Virus record (IMG/VR): IMGVR_UViG_3300014502_000004
Span: 13,564 to 77,563 of that record
Strand: one strand, 5' to 3'
Source: a virus
DNA: 64,000 bases
Positions 9,597 through 19,232 of the stretch are shown piece by piece. Within the stretch, counting starts at the first letter, position 1. Each line of letters opens with the position of its first letter. The notes under the pieces are model-generated. The model was not told where the DNA came from, ran no database searches, and saw only the letters and a list, made by a program, of their open reading frames with translations. The position numbers were made by a program, and so were the translations under genes.

Positions 9597-11510
9597 ATGA
9601 TCTTTGAATTCATTGAGATTGAGAACTTCTTTCGCATTCGAGAGAAGGTGGTCATACCTCTCTGTGATCAAGGACTGGTGCTTATCACAGGAGAGAATGG
9701 CAACGGCAAGAGCACCATCTTTGAAGCTCTGGTGTGGTGTCTCTTTGGTGAGACAGTCAGGGGATACAAAGCTGATCAGGTCGTCAACAGGGATGTGGGG
9801 GAAGGATGTGCTGTCACTGTCAAGATGTCTACTGGAGTGATTTCTTACCGAGTCACTAGATGTCGCAAACACAAGACAGGCAAGAACAAGCTTGAGTTAT
9901 TCTCATATGATCATCTTACGCCCGGTGCAGTGGAAGTTGATCTGACTCAACAGACCAACGATGATACTCAGCACAAGCTGCAAGAGATCATGGGTATTGA
10001 CTTCGATACCTTCATCAACGGCCCCATGATGCCTCAGGGTAGCTTCAAACGCTTCAGTGAGATGACAGACTCCGAGATCAAGGATATCTTGGAGAAGGCA
10101 GTACAGATCGAAGTCATTGCTAAGGCTCAGAACATAACAAAGCAGAATCTGGCAATCGTTGAGTTGAAGCTACGTCAATTTGATTACGACTTCAACAGGT
10201 ACGGTCAAGAATTTGATGAGAAGCAGTCTCAGTTAGAAGACTTTGAGCGTGAGCATTTAGACTGGGATAACCAGAAGAAGGCTGAGATTGATCGTACAAC
10301 TTCTCGTGTACAGGAGTTTGAAGATCGTCTGACTCGACTGCGGGTCGGCTGTGCAGACCCCAAGGAGCTGTTCAACCAGCTTGTTGAAGCGAAGCAGGCA
10401 CACAGCAAGATCAGTGAGATTTACGAAGATTCTAGAAAAGATTGGGAGAAGAAGGAAGATGAAGCTCGCTCTGATGAAGCTCATGCAGTAACACAGCACA
10501 TGCTGTTATCCAAAGAGTGTGAACGACTCAAAGATACTAGAGACAAGATCAAAAGTCTGACAGGTACTTGCCCTAAGTGTGGTCAGGACATTCCTGCATC
10601 TCATGTGGAGAAACTGTTTGCTGAGGCAGACAATCAGTTCCAGGAAGCCAATACAGAGCTGAAGACTAAGCTTGTCCCTGCGGTCAAGGTTGCTCAGGAT
10701 GTTGTGCAACAGGTGAAACTGGACAGGGACAAGGCTCTGGAGCGTGCTAAGGAGATCTGGCTGGTGTCCCTTGGCAAGCTACATGAGCTTGAGAAGGAAC
10801 TTGAGATCAATACAAATCAGATCTCTGTCATTCAGCAGTGTCAGTCTGACATCAAGAGAGCACAAGAGAGTCTAGATATTGCTGTGAAAGTTACCTCACC
10901 ATTTGAGTCAATGATCAAAAACAACAAGGAAGCACAAGAAGAGATCAAGAAGGACATCAAACGAATTCTTCCTAAGCTGAAGTCCTGTGGCATCGAAGCA
11001 GAGCATTTTCGGTTCTGGGTGGACGGCTTCAGCAATCGAGGTCTCAAGAGTTTTGTCCTGGGTTCTGTGGTGCCATACATGAACTCCAAGGCTGCAGAGT
11101 ACAGCCAGGTGCTCACAGATGGGGAGCTGGAGATCCGCTTCCATACGCAGACGACTCTGAAGAGCGGTGAGACTCGTGAGAAGTTCTACGTTGAGGTGTC
11201 CAACAAAGCCGGTGCTGAGGATTACATTGGAAGTTCTGGCGGCGAGCGCAGGAGGGCTGATCTCGCTATCAGCTTTACTCTGTCTGATCTATTCTCGTCG
11301 CGTTCCAAGAAAGCATTTCCTCAGCGTTGGTTTGATGAGCCTTTCGAGAATCTTGACGAAGCTGGAGTCGAGGCTGTCATGCAGTTACTCCGAAGCATGG
11401 AAGCGCAGTCTGGGTCCATTTTCGTAGTGACTCACCAAGATCACCTCAAGTCCATGTTCAACAAAGTGATCCAGGTTGAAAAGATCAACGGTGAGACAAG
11501 GATAAGCTAA
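9597..11510 (+). CDS. SbcC/Rad50-like (gp46-like) ATPase
   Basis: GENGNGKST, coiled coil, CPKC zinc hook, SGGE signature, DEPFENLD, VTH. Confidence 0.95.
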   Translation: MIFEFIEIENFFRIREKVVIPLCDQGLVLITGENGNGKSTIFEALVWCLFGETVRGYKADQVVNRDVGEGCAVTVKMSTGVISYRVTRCRKHKTGKNKLELFSYDHLTPGAVEVDLTQQTNDDTQHKLQEIMGIDFDTFINGPMMPQGSFKRFSEMTDSEIKDILEKAVQIEVIAKAQNITKQNLAIVELKLRQFDYDFNRYGQEFDEKQSQLEDFEREHLDWDNQKKAEIDRTTSRVQEFEDRLTRLRVGCADPKELFNQLVEAKQAHSKISEIYEDSRKDWEKKEDEARSDEAHAVTQHMLLSKECERLKDTRDKIKSLTGTCPKCGQDIPASHVEKLFAEADNQFQEANTELKTKLVPAVKVAQDVVQQVKLDRDKALERAKEIWLVSLGKLHELEKELEINTNQISVIQQCQSDIKRAQESLDIAVKVTSPFESMIKNNKEAQEEIKKDIKRILPKLKSCGIEAEHFRFWVDGFSNRGLKSFVLGSVVPYMNSKAAEYSQVLTDGELEIRFHTQTTLKSGETREKFYVEVSNKAGAEDYIGSSGGERRRADLAISFTLSDLFSSRSKKAFPQRWFDEPFENLDEAGVEAVMQLLRSMEAQSGSIFVVTHQDHLKSMFNKVIQVEKINGETRIS

Positions 11511-11761
11511 TGCCAGGACCAGTATCTTCAAGCTATGATCCAGAGTTTGGCACAGGTGAACGTGCAAGCATTGTCTGTGAGGCAGTGACCAAAATGCGGG
11601 ATAAAGTTAGTAGGGTCCTAGGCAAGGCTAATGCAGAGCTGCTACCTATTGTGGATGTGTGTGAAGGTAGAAACAAGTTGCCTAAGAGAGGGTTGATTCT
11701 CTGTGAGCGAGAGTTAAGGATACTTAGGTTTGCTTTGAACAGAGCTTTGGAGTCGTTGTGA
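11510..11761 (+). CDS. Hypothetical protein
   Basis: Coupled to the sbcC stop. Confidence 0.55.
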   Translation: MPGPVSSSYDPEFGTGERASIVCEAVTKMRDKVSRVLGKANAELLPIVDVCEGRNKLPKRGLILCERELRILRFALNRALESL

Positions 11762-11768
11762 TCAAGTT

Positions 11769-11840
11769 GCCCGCATAGCTCAGTGGCAGAGCAATGGTTT
11801 TGTAAACCATAGGTCTGGGGTTCGATCCCCCAAGCGGGCT
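11769..11840 (+). tRNA. tRNA-Thr(TGT)
   Basis: Cloverleaf: GCCCGCA acceptor, TAGCTCAGTGGCAGAGC D-arm, ATGGT-TTTGTAA-ACCAT anticodon arm, TGGGG-TTCGATC-CCCCA T-arm; no encoded CCA. Confidence 0.92.
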
Positions 11841-11860
11841 CCGAAAGGTGAGTCATTGTA

Positions 11861-12061
11861 ATGCCTGATCCTGCAAAGTTTCCAAATTCCAAAGTAATCA
11901 GAGACACTGGTAAGGCTCTGCTGGTAGAGATCGAGGGGGAAGAGCATTGGATACCTCACTCTCAGATCCACGATGACTCTGAAGTTTTTGATGCAGAGGA
12001 CAACAGCGAGGGCATGCTGGTGGTTCAGTTCTGGTTTGCAGACAAGGAAGGGTTGATCTAA
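11861..12061 (+). CDS. Small acidic phage protein
   Basis: TGKALLV..WIPHSQI pattern; coupled to thyX. Confidence 0.7.
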   Translation: MPDPAKFPNSKVIRDTGKALLVEIEGEEHWIPHSQIHDDSEVFDAEDNSEGMLVVQFWFADKEGLI

Positions 12062-12726
12062 TGAAGATCGTTCCGCAGAGTGTGCAGTTAGAGTTCATCA
12101 CCCCTAATGCAGCTAAGTTAATTGAGAGAGCTGGTCGATGTTGCTATAAGAGTGAGGACAAGATCACAGATGAGAGCGCAGTCGAGTTTATTAAGATGCT
12201 TCTCACCAGAGAGCACCACTCTGTGATCGAGCATGCCCATGCAACCTTCAGAGTGGTGTGTGATCGAGGAGTCAGTCACGAGTTTGTTCGTCATCGGCTG
12301 ATGAGCTACAGCCAAGAGAGCACCAGATATTGCAACTACTCCAAGGAGAAGTACGGGAACGAGATCACTGTCATCGAACCTCCAGGGTTGGAAGGTAACG
12401 ACCGATTGTGCTGGACCAACGCCATTGAGGTGGCCGAGATGCAATACATGAGCTTGATCAAATATGGGATCAAGCCAGAGATTGCTCGCTCGGTGCTGCC
12501 GACATGCCTCAAGACTGAGCTGGTAGCAACAGCCAACTTCCGCGAGTGGATGCACTTCCTCAAGATGAGGACCAGTTCCAAGGCTCATCCTCAGATGCGT
12601 GAGGTGGCCATGATGATTGGTCTCAGTTTGGTCAATGAGTGTCAGCCTCTGTACGGTCCATACATGGACTTTCTGCTTCGTGGTGGTGACTTAAAGGATT
12701 ACCTCATCCAAGGAGGATCGAAATGA
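12061..12726 (+). CDS. thyX: FAD-dependent thymidylate synthase
   Basis: HHSVIEH, RHRLMSYSQESTRY signature, NFREW.HF..R. Confidence 0.96.
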   Translation: MKIVPQSVQLEFITPNAAKLIERAGRCCYKSEDKITDESAVEFIKMLLTREHHSVIEHAHATFRVVCDRGVSHEFVRHRLMSYSQESTRYCNYSKEKYGNEITVIEPPGLEGNDRLCWTNAIEVAEMQYMSLIKYGIKPEIARSVLPTCLKTELVATANFREWMHFLKMRTSSKAHPQMREVAMMIGLSLVNECQPLYGPYMDFLLRGGDLKDYLIQGGSK

Positions 12727-13124
12727 GCGACAAAGTTGGATCACCACTTACCCTTGTCGGCTATGAAGACGACATGGATCTAAGAAGCATCTCCTGGAAC
12801 CAGGATTTGCTAGAACAGGAGGCCAGGGAGTACAAGCTCAAGCATGGTGAAGCTGTTGTCTACAGCAACGTGGCTCAAACCAAGGTCAGGCTCATCGCTG
12901 TGTTTTATGGGATGGCTGTGCTCATCCTCCCTCCTATTGATCCAGCAGACAAGATTAGTCTGTACCTTAAGGTCAATCAGTTCCTGCGACTGTTCAAGGA
13001 TGGAACAGCAGGAGTGATGATAGGTCACCTTGATAAAGAGATCGCTGGAGCACAGGAGCGACTGGAGAGGATCAAGAAGCGAAAGGCATTGGCTGCACAG
13101 GCTGCTAAGAGGAGAAGCAAATGA
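12723..13124 (+). CDS. Hypothetical protein
   Basis: Coupled ORF with GGAGG RBS. Confidence 0.65.
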   Translation: MSDKVGSPLTLVGYEDDMDLRSISWNQDLLEQEAREYKLKHGEAVVYSNVAQTKVRLIAVFYGMAVLILPPIDPADKISLYLKVNQFLRLFKDGTAGVMIGHLDKEIAGAQERLERIKKRKALAAQAAKRRSK

Positions 13125-13459
13125 AGAAGAGAACACGATGCATGTACACCAAAGAGAAAGCCATCAAGATCTGGCAGCTCTGCAACTTCGATAAGATGAC
13201 ACAGGCTCAAGCCTCCAAGATCGTTGGATGCAACAAGGGTGCTGCAAATCGTTGGTTCAATCTTGTTAAAGACACTCCCGCCTTATTGGCGGAAGCAAAG
13301 AAGGGTGGGAAGGGGAAGAGTCGTAAAATCAAGGATGAAGCTCCTATCAAGAAGATCAATGAGCTGGATTCTTTGCGTGATGAAAACGAGTTTCTGCAGT
13401 GGTGGAACAAGGGTGAGCGTCAAGGCTGGGTGGATCTGCTATTGAAGAGAATGGAATAG
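13121..13459 (+). CDS. Putative HTH DNA-binding protein
   Basis: MTQAQASKIVGCNKGAANRW. Confidence 0.6.
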   Translation: MKKRTRCMYTKEKAIKIWQLCNFDKMTQAQASKIVGCNKGAANRWFNLVKDTPALLAEAKKGGKGKSRKIKDEAPIKKINELDSLRDENEFLQWWNKGERQGWVDLLLKRME

Positions 13460-13488
13460 TTGACTCTAGAATCTGCCAGGCGTAGGAT
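13460..13488 (+). promoter_or_regulatory. sigma70-type promoter
   Basis: TTGACT-N17-TAGGAT in an intergenic gap. Confidence 0.65.
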
Positions 13489-13516
13489 TCATCCGTGATC
13501 TTATTAGGAGAAACTC

Positions 13517-14104
13517 ATGGCCCATTGGCTATCAGTTGGGATCGACGGTGGACTACATGGGGCTGTAGTAGGAATCAACGACAGCCTTGAGGTAGTTGGC
13601 TTTTTCGATACACCCATCATAGATCTCGGCAAGAAGACCAAGAGTGGCAAGGTGGGCACCAACAACGCCTTCCTGGAAGCCGAAATGGTGTCTCGGTTTC
13701 AATTTCTCATTGAAGGCTGGCCCAAGCTCACCAATCAGCCTCACATCTTCCTGGAGAAGGCTCAGAGCATGCCCAAGCAGGGCGTTGCCTCTGTTTTCAA
13801 GACAGGGGAAGGCTTTGGACTGTGGAAGGGCATCCTGGCTGCTCTGAAGCTTCCCTACAGCATCGTGGCGGTCCAGACGTGGCAGAAGAAGGTGATGGTT
13901 GGTGTGACTGGGCTCGACCCTAAAGCCAAGTCCATCGCTCGCTGTCAGCGTCTATTCCCTACGTTGTCGTTGACTCTTCCCAATGGGAAGAAGGCATCTC
14001 TGGATGGAAGATCAGATGCAGCCTTGATCGCTTACTACGGTTTGCTGGAGAATGGCTGTGTCCAGGATCGACGTCCTAAGCGCACACCGTTCAAAATGAA
14101 GTGA
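13517..14104 (+). CDS. RuvC-like Holliday junction resolvase
   Basis: VGIDGG, FLEKAQ, F..G..FG.W, V..WQK, DGRSDAALIA. Confidence 0.85.
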   Translation: MAHWLSVGIDGGLHGAVVGINDSLEVVGFFDTPIIDLGKKTKSGKVGTNNAFLEAEMVSRFQFLIEGWPKLTNQPHIFLEKAQSMPKQGVASVFKTGEGFGLWKGILAALKLPYSIVAVQTWQKKVMVGVTGLDPKAKSIARCQRLFPTLSLTLPNGKKASLDGRSDAALIAYYGLLENGCVQDRRPKRTPFKMK

Positions 14105-14111
14105 GGATCAG

Positions 14112-14261
14112 ATGGACGATAAAGACAAAACACCAGTGCTGGCACCTAAGCCAAGGCTAGAACCGACCAAGCCAGTCACCATTCCGATCTGCCCTACCTG
14201 CAAGAAGCCCCTTACTCAATGTGCCTGCACTCACAATGACCTTTCAAAAGGTAAGAAGTGA
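14112..14261 (+). CDS. Small Cys-containing protein (49 aa, below ORF-track cutoff)
   Basis: GAGG RBS; MDDKDK...CPTCKK..QCACTHNDLSKGKK; fills the gap and overlaps the next start. Confidence 0.55.
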   Translation: MDDKDKTPVLAPKPRLEPTKPVTIPICPTCKKPLTQCACTHNDLSKGKK

Positions 14262-14818
14262 GTGAGATAGCTGAAAAGGTTTACGTTGCTGTAGATGTGA
14301 ACAATCTATGGCACAGTTGTCGAGACATCTTTGGTTCGACAACAAGGGTGAACTATGACCAGCTCTTGAAGAAGATCAGAACTGGTGGTTACAGGGGTGT
14401 GCCCAGAGAAGTCACTGCAGTCGCCTACACCATCACATCCCCTCATCGTCGCACCTCTGAGACTGGCCGCACACGAGAAGAGCCCTCACGCAACTCACGC
14501 TTTCTAGAATCTCTCCAGAAGTTTGGCTACCAGGTGAAGACTAGGCAGATGAGATACGAGAAGGGTGTGGACAAACCATTCCACACTGACTGGGATGTGG
14601 GCATCTCAGTTGATGCAATCACTGATCAAGATCAGTTTGATACTTTCATCATGGTTAGTGGTGATGGTGATTTCATTCCATTGATTAAGAGGTTGCAGGA
14701 CAAAGATAAGAGAGTAGAAATCTATACTTTTGAGAGAACAGCTTCACAGAACTTATACTCTGTGGCTGACAACATCGTGTTTCTTACTGTAGAAGATACC
14801 TATCAAGAAAAGATATGA
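14258..14818 (+). CDS. NYN/LabA (PIN-like) domain protein
   Basis: VAVDVNN, DWDVGI.VD, SGDGDF.P, S..L...AD. Confidence 0.88.
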   Translation: MSEIAEKVYVAVDVNNLWHSCRDIFGSTTRVNYDQLLKKIRTGGYRGVPREVTAVAYTITSPHRRTSETGRTREEPSRNSRFLESLQKFGYQVKTRQMRYEKGVDKPFHTDWDVGISVDAITDQDQFDTFIMVSGDGDFIPLIKRLQDKDKRVEIYTFERTASQNLYSVADNIVFLTVEDTYQEKI

Positions 14819-17715
14819 GTCCACCAACTCCCAAGAGGACGCCTTACAAGCCCATTCAACAGGTGTCTCGGACACCTGTGCAGATACCTCAGACTGAGAG
14901 TGAGATCACCAAGCTCTTCTCTAACATCGCACCAGGTGGATTGAACCTCTCAGCTCTTGGGAATGTGCCTCAGTCAATCTCCGAAGAGGATGTCAAAGCT
15001 CTCACCAATGCCAACTTCGCTCTGTGGGCATCCACGAGTGGCATCAAAGTTGATCACAGACCATTTGATTTTGGACTCCATCGATATCTGTTGCCTCTAT
15101 ACTTAGATCAAGCTCAAGAGATCATCATGATGAAGGCAGCTCAGATGGGTGCAACCATCTGGGTGCTGCTGCGTTTGCTTCACTTCTGCATGAATAATGA
15201 TGCCAAGGCATGCCTGTTCTTCCCTACACAAGATGGTGTCACTCTATTATCTAAAGACCGCATGACACCACTAATTGATTCCAATGCTCAATTGAAAGAA
15301 GCTGTGAAGGACTCTGATACATTGGGTTACAAGCAGGTGGGAGCAAACAGTGCGCTCTACCTACGACACCTTGGTGGCATCGCATCAAAAGATTCTACAC
15401 CATTCGACATGCTGGCCTTTGATGAGGTGAGGCTTCTGAATGCAGCTGATATTGATCAGGCTCGTGAACGTGTTAGTCACAGTTCATTCAAGAACATTCT
15501 ACAGGTCAGCACTGCTGGCTACCCAAACTGTCTTCATGGTGATACTAAAGTCGTAGTTCGTAAGAAGTCTAACCGTCAGATTCTTCCAATGTCTATCGCT
15601 GATCTTCTTGTAACATATGATCAATATGAGGCCCTGTCTTACAATAGAAGGGGTGGTAATAGGCCACGATGGAGGTCAATTACTGGAGCAATATGCCGTG
15701 GTAAAAGATCCATGGTAAGAGTTGGACTATGGGGTGGGCATGAGATTCGTTGTACTGCTGATCATTGCTTCGCAACAGAGTGCTCTGTTCCTCGTGGTTT
15801 TGGAATCGATTGGTCTCCTATCTCTGAAGTGGAATTGGTTCCTAATAGATTTGGTGGTTATGTTGGACCAAGTAATGGAGTTCTAGTAGTAAACTCGATA
15901 CAAGACTATGAAAACAACCGATGGAATGAATTTGTAGTAGCCGCTCCTTATGACAAACTTACTCTGGCCATGGTGGGAGCTTTTGTGGCTGAGGGGACTC
16001 TGGGGCAGAGTGGAGAAGTACAGATCTGGCAGGCTTCACACAATTTGCCAATCAGAAATCTAGTAAAAGAGTGGGCTGATTGTCAGGGACTAACTTACCG
16101 TGGGAATGCTGAGGGAGTTTTTGTTCAGGCAAGGACAAGACCTGATCTTGTAGCTTTGTTTAGATCTTGTGGTGAAAATGCTTTGACAAAAGTTATTCCA
16201 GAGTCTGTTTTATCTGGAACCCCAGATCAGTTAGATATAGTTTTGAACTGGATTATAGAAGGTGATGGTCATAGACGATGTGAGAGAAAGAACTCTCATG
16301 AAAGTTGTCGTAAATGGGATATTTATACCTCTAGTGAGAGGCTTGCTTCACAGCTTAGGTTCATAGGTTTAAGAACCAATAAACCACACTCAATATCTAT
16401 TAGAGATCGTGACGGAGTACAAAGACAGTTTGTGTTGTCGTACAATCCGTCTGCGTTTAGAATGCAAGAGGTCTTGCCAGCTCTTGGTCGTCTCGCAGTA
16501 GGTGAACGAGTCCCTTGCGAAGATGACTACGCTTTTGATCTTGAGATTGAGGAGACCCCATGGTTTGTGCTAGCTGAGAGTGGATGTCTTGTTCATAACA
16601 GTGACATACATAAACAATTCCTAAGGGGTACGCAAAACTATTTCCACTCAAAATGCAATTGCCCAGACGGAATTGTGTTATCAGATGTATTCCCTGATTG
16701 CATCGCTACATCACCAAAGAAGGAAGTCTATTATCGATGTCCACGATGCAAGATGAAGATTGTTGATCCACAGAATGGTCGTTACATAGAGCATAACCCT
16801 GGTGCGCGAGTACAGAGCTATCACATCCATCAGATGTTGTCGAAGTTCATCTCTGCTGCCGAGATCTGGGAGGCTTATCAGATCACACAGAACGTCAAGG
16901 AGTTCTTCAACGCGAAGCTTGGCAAGCCTTACGTAGATGAGGACAACGTTCCTGTCACTGATGATGATCTTTTAGCATGTGAGAACACTGATCTGATGTG
17001 GGACCATGGCAAGACTCACACAGCCATGGGTGTAGATCAGATGAGTGGTCTTCTCTACATAACCATCTGTCAGCGATTTGGAAACAAGAAGAGAATTGTC
17101 CACTATGAGATTGTGGACGATATGAATCATATCTATTTTGAAGCTGGCAAGAGGCAGCCATCTTTCAAACGTCTCTATCAGCTCATGAAAGAGTTTGACG
17201 TAGATCTGTGCATCATTGATGCAATGCCTAACGCTAACGAAGCTATGGAGTTCGCACGAGCATTTCCCAAGCGTGTGTTCGTGGCCTGGTACCTTGAGCA
17301 ACAGCGTGAGGTAGCCCAGTGGGGCGACAGGCCCAAGCCCAAGGTGGCTGTGAGAAAAGGTGGACCCAAGATCAAATTCAAGCACAGCGTTCTGCTCAGT
17401 CGCTACCTCAGCATCGAAATGGCCATGAAAGAGATCGCTGACCGCAACGTGGAGTGGCCAAATCCCCGAGCCCTTGTGCAGATCTGTCGGAATCAAAAGA
17501 CAGGACACTTTGAGCCACTACACATCTTTGAGACTCACTTCTATCTACATTGCAAGTCCATTGTGAAACAGAAGACTATACTTGATGATGAGACTGGTCG
17601 ATTCAAGATGGAGTGGGTAAACCTTGGATTAGATCCCCATTCAGTGCATTCCTGGAATTACTGTAATATTGCTATGGAAAGGCTAAGAAGACAGCCAATC
17701 TTTACGATGGTGTAG
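14815..17715 (+). CDS. terL: Terminase large subunit (lambda gpA-like) containing an intein
   Basis: MKAAQMGAT Walker A, FDE Walker B, VST motif III, Cys cluster, FFNAKLGKPY, GVD nuclease. Confidence 0.9.
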   Translation: MSPPTPKRTPYKPIQQVSRTPVQIPQTESEITKLFSNIAPGGLNLSALGNVPQSISEEDVKALTNANFALWASTSGIKVDHRPFDFGLHRYLLPLYLDQAQEIIMMKAAQMGATIWVLLRLLHFCMNNDAKACLFFPTQDGVTLLSKDRMTPLIDSNAQLKEAVKDSDTLGYKQVGANSALYLRHLGGIASKDSTPFDMLAFDEVRLLNAADIDQARERVSHSSFKNILQVSTAGYPNCLHGDTKVVVRKKSNRQILPMSIADLLVTYDQYEALSYNRRGGNRPRWRSITGAICRGKRSMVRVGLWGGHEIRCTADHCFATECSVPRGFGIDWSPISEVELVPNRFGGYVGPSNGVLVVNSIQDYENNRWNEFVVAAPYDKLTLAMVGAFVAEGTLGQSGEVQIWQASHNLPIRNLVKEWADCQGLTYRGNAEGVFVQARTRPDLVALFRSCGENALTKVIPESVLSGTPDQLDIVLNWIIEGDGHRRCERKNSHESCRKWDIYTSSERLASQLRFIGLRTNKPHSISIRDRDGVQRQFVLSYNPSAFRMQEVLPALGRLAVGERVPCEDDYAFDLEIEETPWFVLAESGCLVHNSDIHKQFLRGTQNYFHSKCNCPDGIVLSDVFPDCIATSPKKEVYYRCPRCKMKIVDPQNGRYIEHNPGARVQSYHIHQMLSKFISAAEIWEAYQITQNVKEFFNAKLGKPYVDEDNVPVTDDDLLACENTDLMWDHGKTHTAMGVDQMSGLLYITICQRFGNKKRIVHYEIVDDMNHIYFEAGKRQPSFKRLYQLMKEFDVDLCIIDAMPNANEAMEFARAFPKRVFVAWYLEQQREVAQWGDRPKPKVAVRKGGPKIKFKHSVLLSRYLSIEMAMKEIADRNVEWPNPRALVQICRNQKTGHFEPLHIFETHFYLHCKSIVKQKTILDDETGRFKMEWVNLGLDPHSVHSWNYCNIAMERLRRQPIFTMV
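15529..16599 (+). mobile_element. Intein (357 aa) with LAGLIDADG homing endonuclease
   Basis: N-terminal C(LHGDT), block B CTADHCF, LAGLIDADG-like GAFVAEG and WIIEGDG, C-terminal LVHN followed by Ser+1. Confidence 0.93.
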
Positions 17716-17728
17716 AAGGAGATGACAG

Positions 17729-18199
17729 ATGTTAGGTGATACAATGGGACTTCCAAATCAACCAGATGCAGAAATAGACAAGAAGGAGAACAAGATGTCA
17801 TACGACTTCAAGAATGTTCCCATTGCGGAGTGTTTCAAGCTGGAGTTCTTCGCAATGATTTGCAAGAGATGTGGAGCAACACATCCATTCTATGTCAATC
17901 ACAAGGGACAGCCTGTGTTTCCTTGGGGCTTGCCTGATTCTGCTGTGGCCAAATTCTGTCAGGATAATGATCTGACCCTACAGGACATAATTCAGAACAA
18001 CTGTTTCGTGTGCAGCTGTGGCTTCCCCATTCGCTTCCCTGGTGTGGACGAGAAGGAGAGGAAGGCTGACAACAAGGAGAAGGCAGCCAAGCTCAAGCGT
18101 CGGGGCTCAGGCAGGCGAGTCATCTCCCCAAAGCTATCTGTGGTCACTGAGGCTCAAGCCAAGAAGATTCTTGAGGCAGGCGAGAAGGCTACTAAATGA
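17729..18199 (+). CDS. Zinc-binding hypothetical protein
   Basis: CKRC...CSC; AGGAG RBS. Confidence 0.6.
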   Translation: MLGDTMGLPNQPDAEIDKKENKMSYDFKNVPIAECFKLEFFAMICKRCGATHPFYVNHKGQPVFPWGLPDSAVAKFCQDNDLTLQDIIQNNCFVCSCGFPIRFPGVDEKERKADNKEKAAKLKRRGSGRRVISPKLSVVTEAQAKKILEAGEKATK

Positions 18200-18408
18200 A
18201 CATCTCTTATGAGACTTTGAAGAGGATCGAGGCACAACTAGATCGTCTAGAGGGGCTTATACCCAATGCTGGCCACAAAGATTGTCAACACAGGGAAGCA
18301 TGGCTTTTGGCAGGTTGGAGACCAAATGACATTGGGGACAATTGGATCAATCTCCATGGTGATGAGATTACTTATGCAACAGTTTTAGCCACAATGCCAA
18401 AGCATTGA
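18196..18408 (+). CDS. Hypothetical protein
   Basis: Coupled ORF. Confidence 0.5.
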   Translation: MNISYETLKRIEAQLDRLEGLIPNAGHKDCQHREAWLLAGWRPNDIGDNWINLHGDEITYATVLATMPKH

Positions 18409-18417
18409 TTATTGGTC

Positions 18418-18921
18418 ATGTATATCATAAATACAGATGCAAGTATTGAGCCCTGCAATCCAGGTGGAGTAATGGCATGGGCTTTCATCGTTCGCAGTAT
18501 TGGTAAAGAGAAAGGTGAGATCTATAGGGCTTCAGGTATTTCAGGGAGAGGACCAGAGACAACTAATAATATATCAGAGTACCTTGCAGTGATTGCTGCT
18601 ATTCTGTGGCTACTTAAGATGCCAGAGGAGAAACGTCAACCTGTGATCATACAGTCTGACTCACAGCTCATCGTGAAACAATGCTCTGGTGTGTGGGATT
18701 GCAAGGATGAGGAGCTTCGCAAACTACACAAGCTGGTCTTGGCTGGTGTGAACAGGTTTGGCAAGTCAATTACATTCAAATGGATACCACGAGACAAGAA
18801 CGCTGAGGCCGACGAGCTATCACGTAATCCATACAACAATAATGAAGTACAAGAAGAGATTAAAGCAATACACGAGCATAAGTTTGAAGAGAACTATAAA
18901 GACGACGATCTGTCCTGGTGA
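18418..18921 (+). CDS. rnhA: Ribonuclease HI
   Basis: TDAS..NPG, TNNISEY, SDSQLIV.Q, WIPRDKNAEADELS. Confidence 0.93.
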   Translation: MYIINTDASIEPCNPGGVMAWAFIVRSIGKEKGEIYRASGISGRGPETTNNISEYLAVIAAILWLLKMPEEKRQPVIIQSDSQLIVKQCSGVWDCKDEELRKLHKLVLAGVNRFGKSITFKWIPRDKNAEADELSRNPYNNNEVQEEIKAIHEHKFEENYKDDDLSW

Positions 18922-18924
18922 TTT

Positions 18925-19185
18925 GTGCCTAAAGAACCATGCCACAAGCCTAAGCCTTTTGAATATGGTTCAGTTAATGATTCGCGTGGCAAGTTCATGC
19001 GGAAACTTGAGAAGGTCAAGAAGGCTATCATACGGGCAGCCAAAGGCAGAGTGTGTGGGGACTGCAAGTTTTACTTCAGATTTGGATGCTCCAAGTTCAG
19101 TAGTGAGATGACAGGATCAGACCTGGAGTGCCATGAGACCAGCGTGGCCTGCAAGAGCTTTGAGGTACACGACAGTACCCCTTGA
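18925..19185 (+). CDS. Cys-rich hypothetical protein
   Basis: CGDCKFY..C..C..C. Confidence 0.5.
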   Translation: MPKEPCHKPKPFEYGSVNDSRGKFMRKLEKVKKAIIRAAKGRVCGDCKFYFRFGCSKFSSEMTGSDLECHETSVACKSFEVHDSTP

Positions 19186-19232
19186 CTTCCTACTTATCTA
19201 ATGTTACACCTGTTACATAGGGTGCAACGTAA

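Noticed and set aside
19182-19225. Promoter before the HTH/TerS gene
   Set aside because: TTGACT is present but there is no convincing -10 at proper spacing
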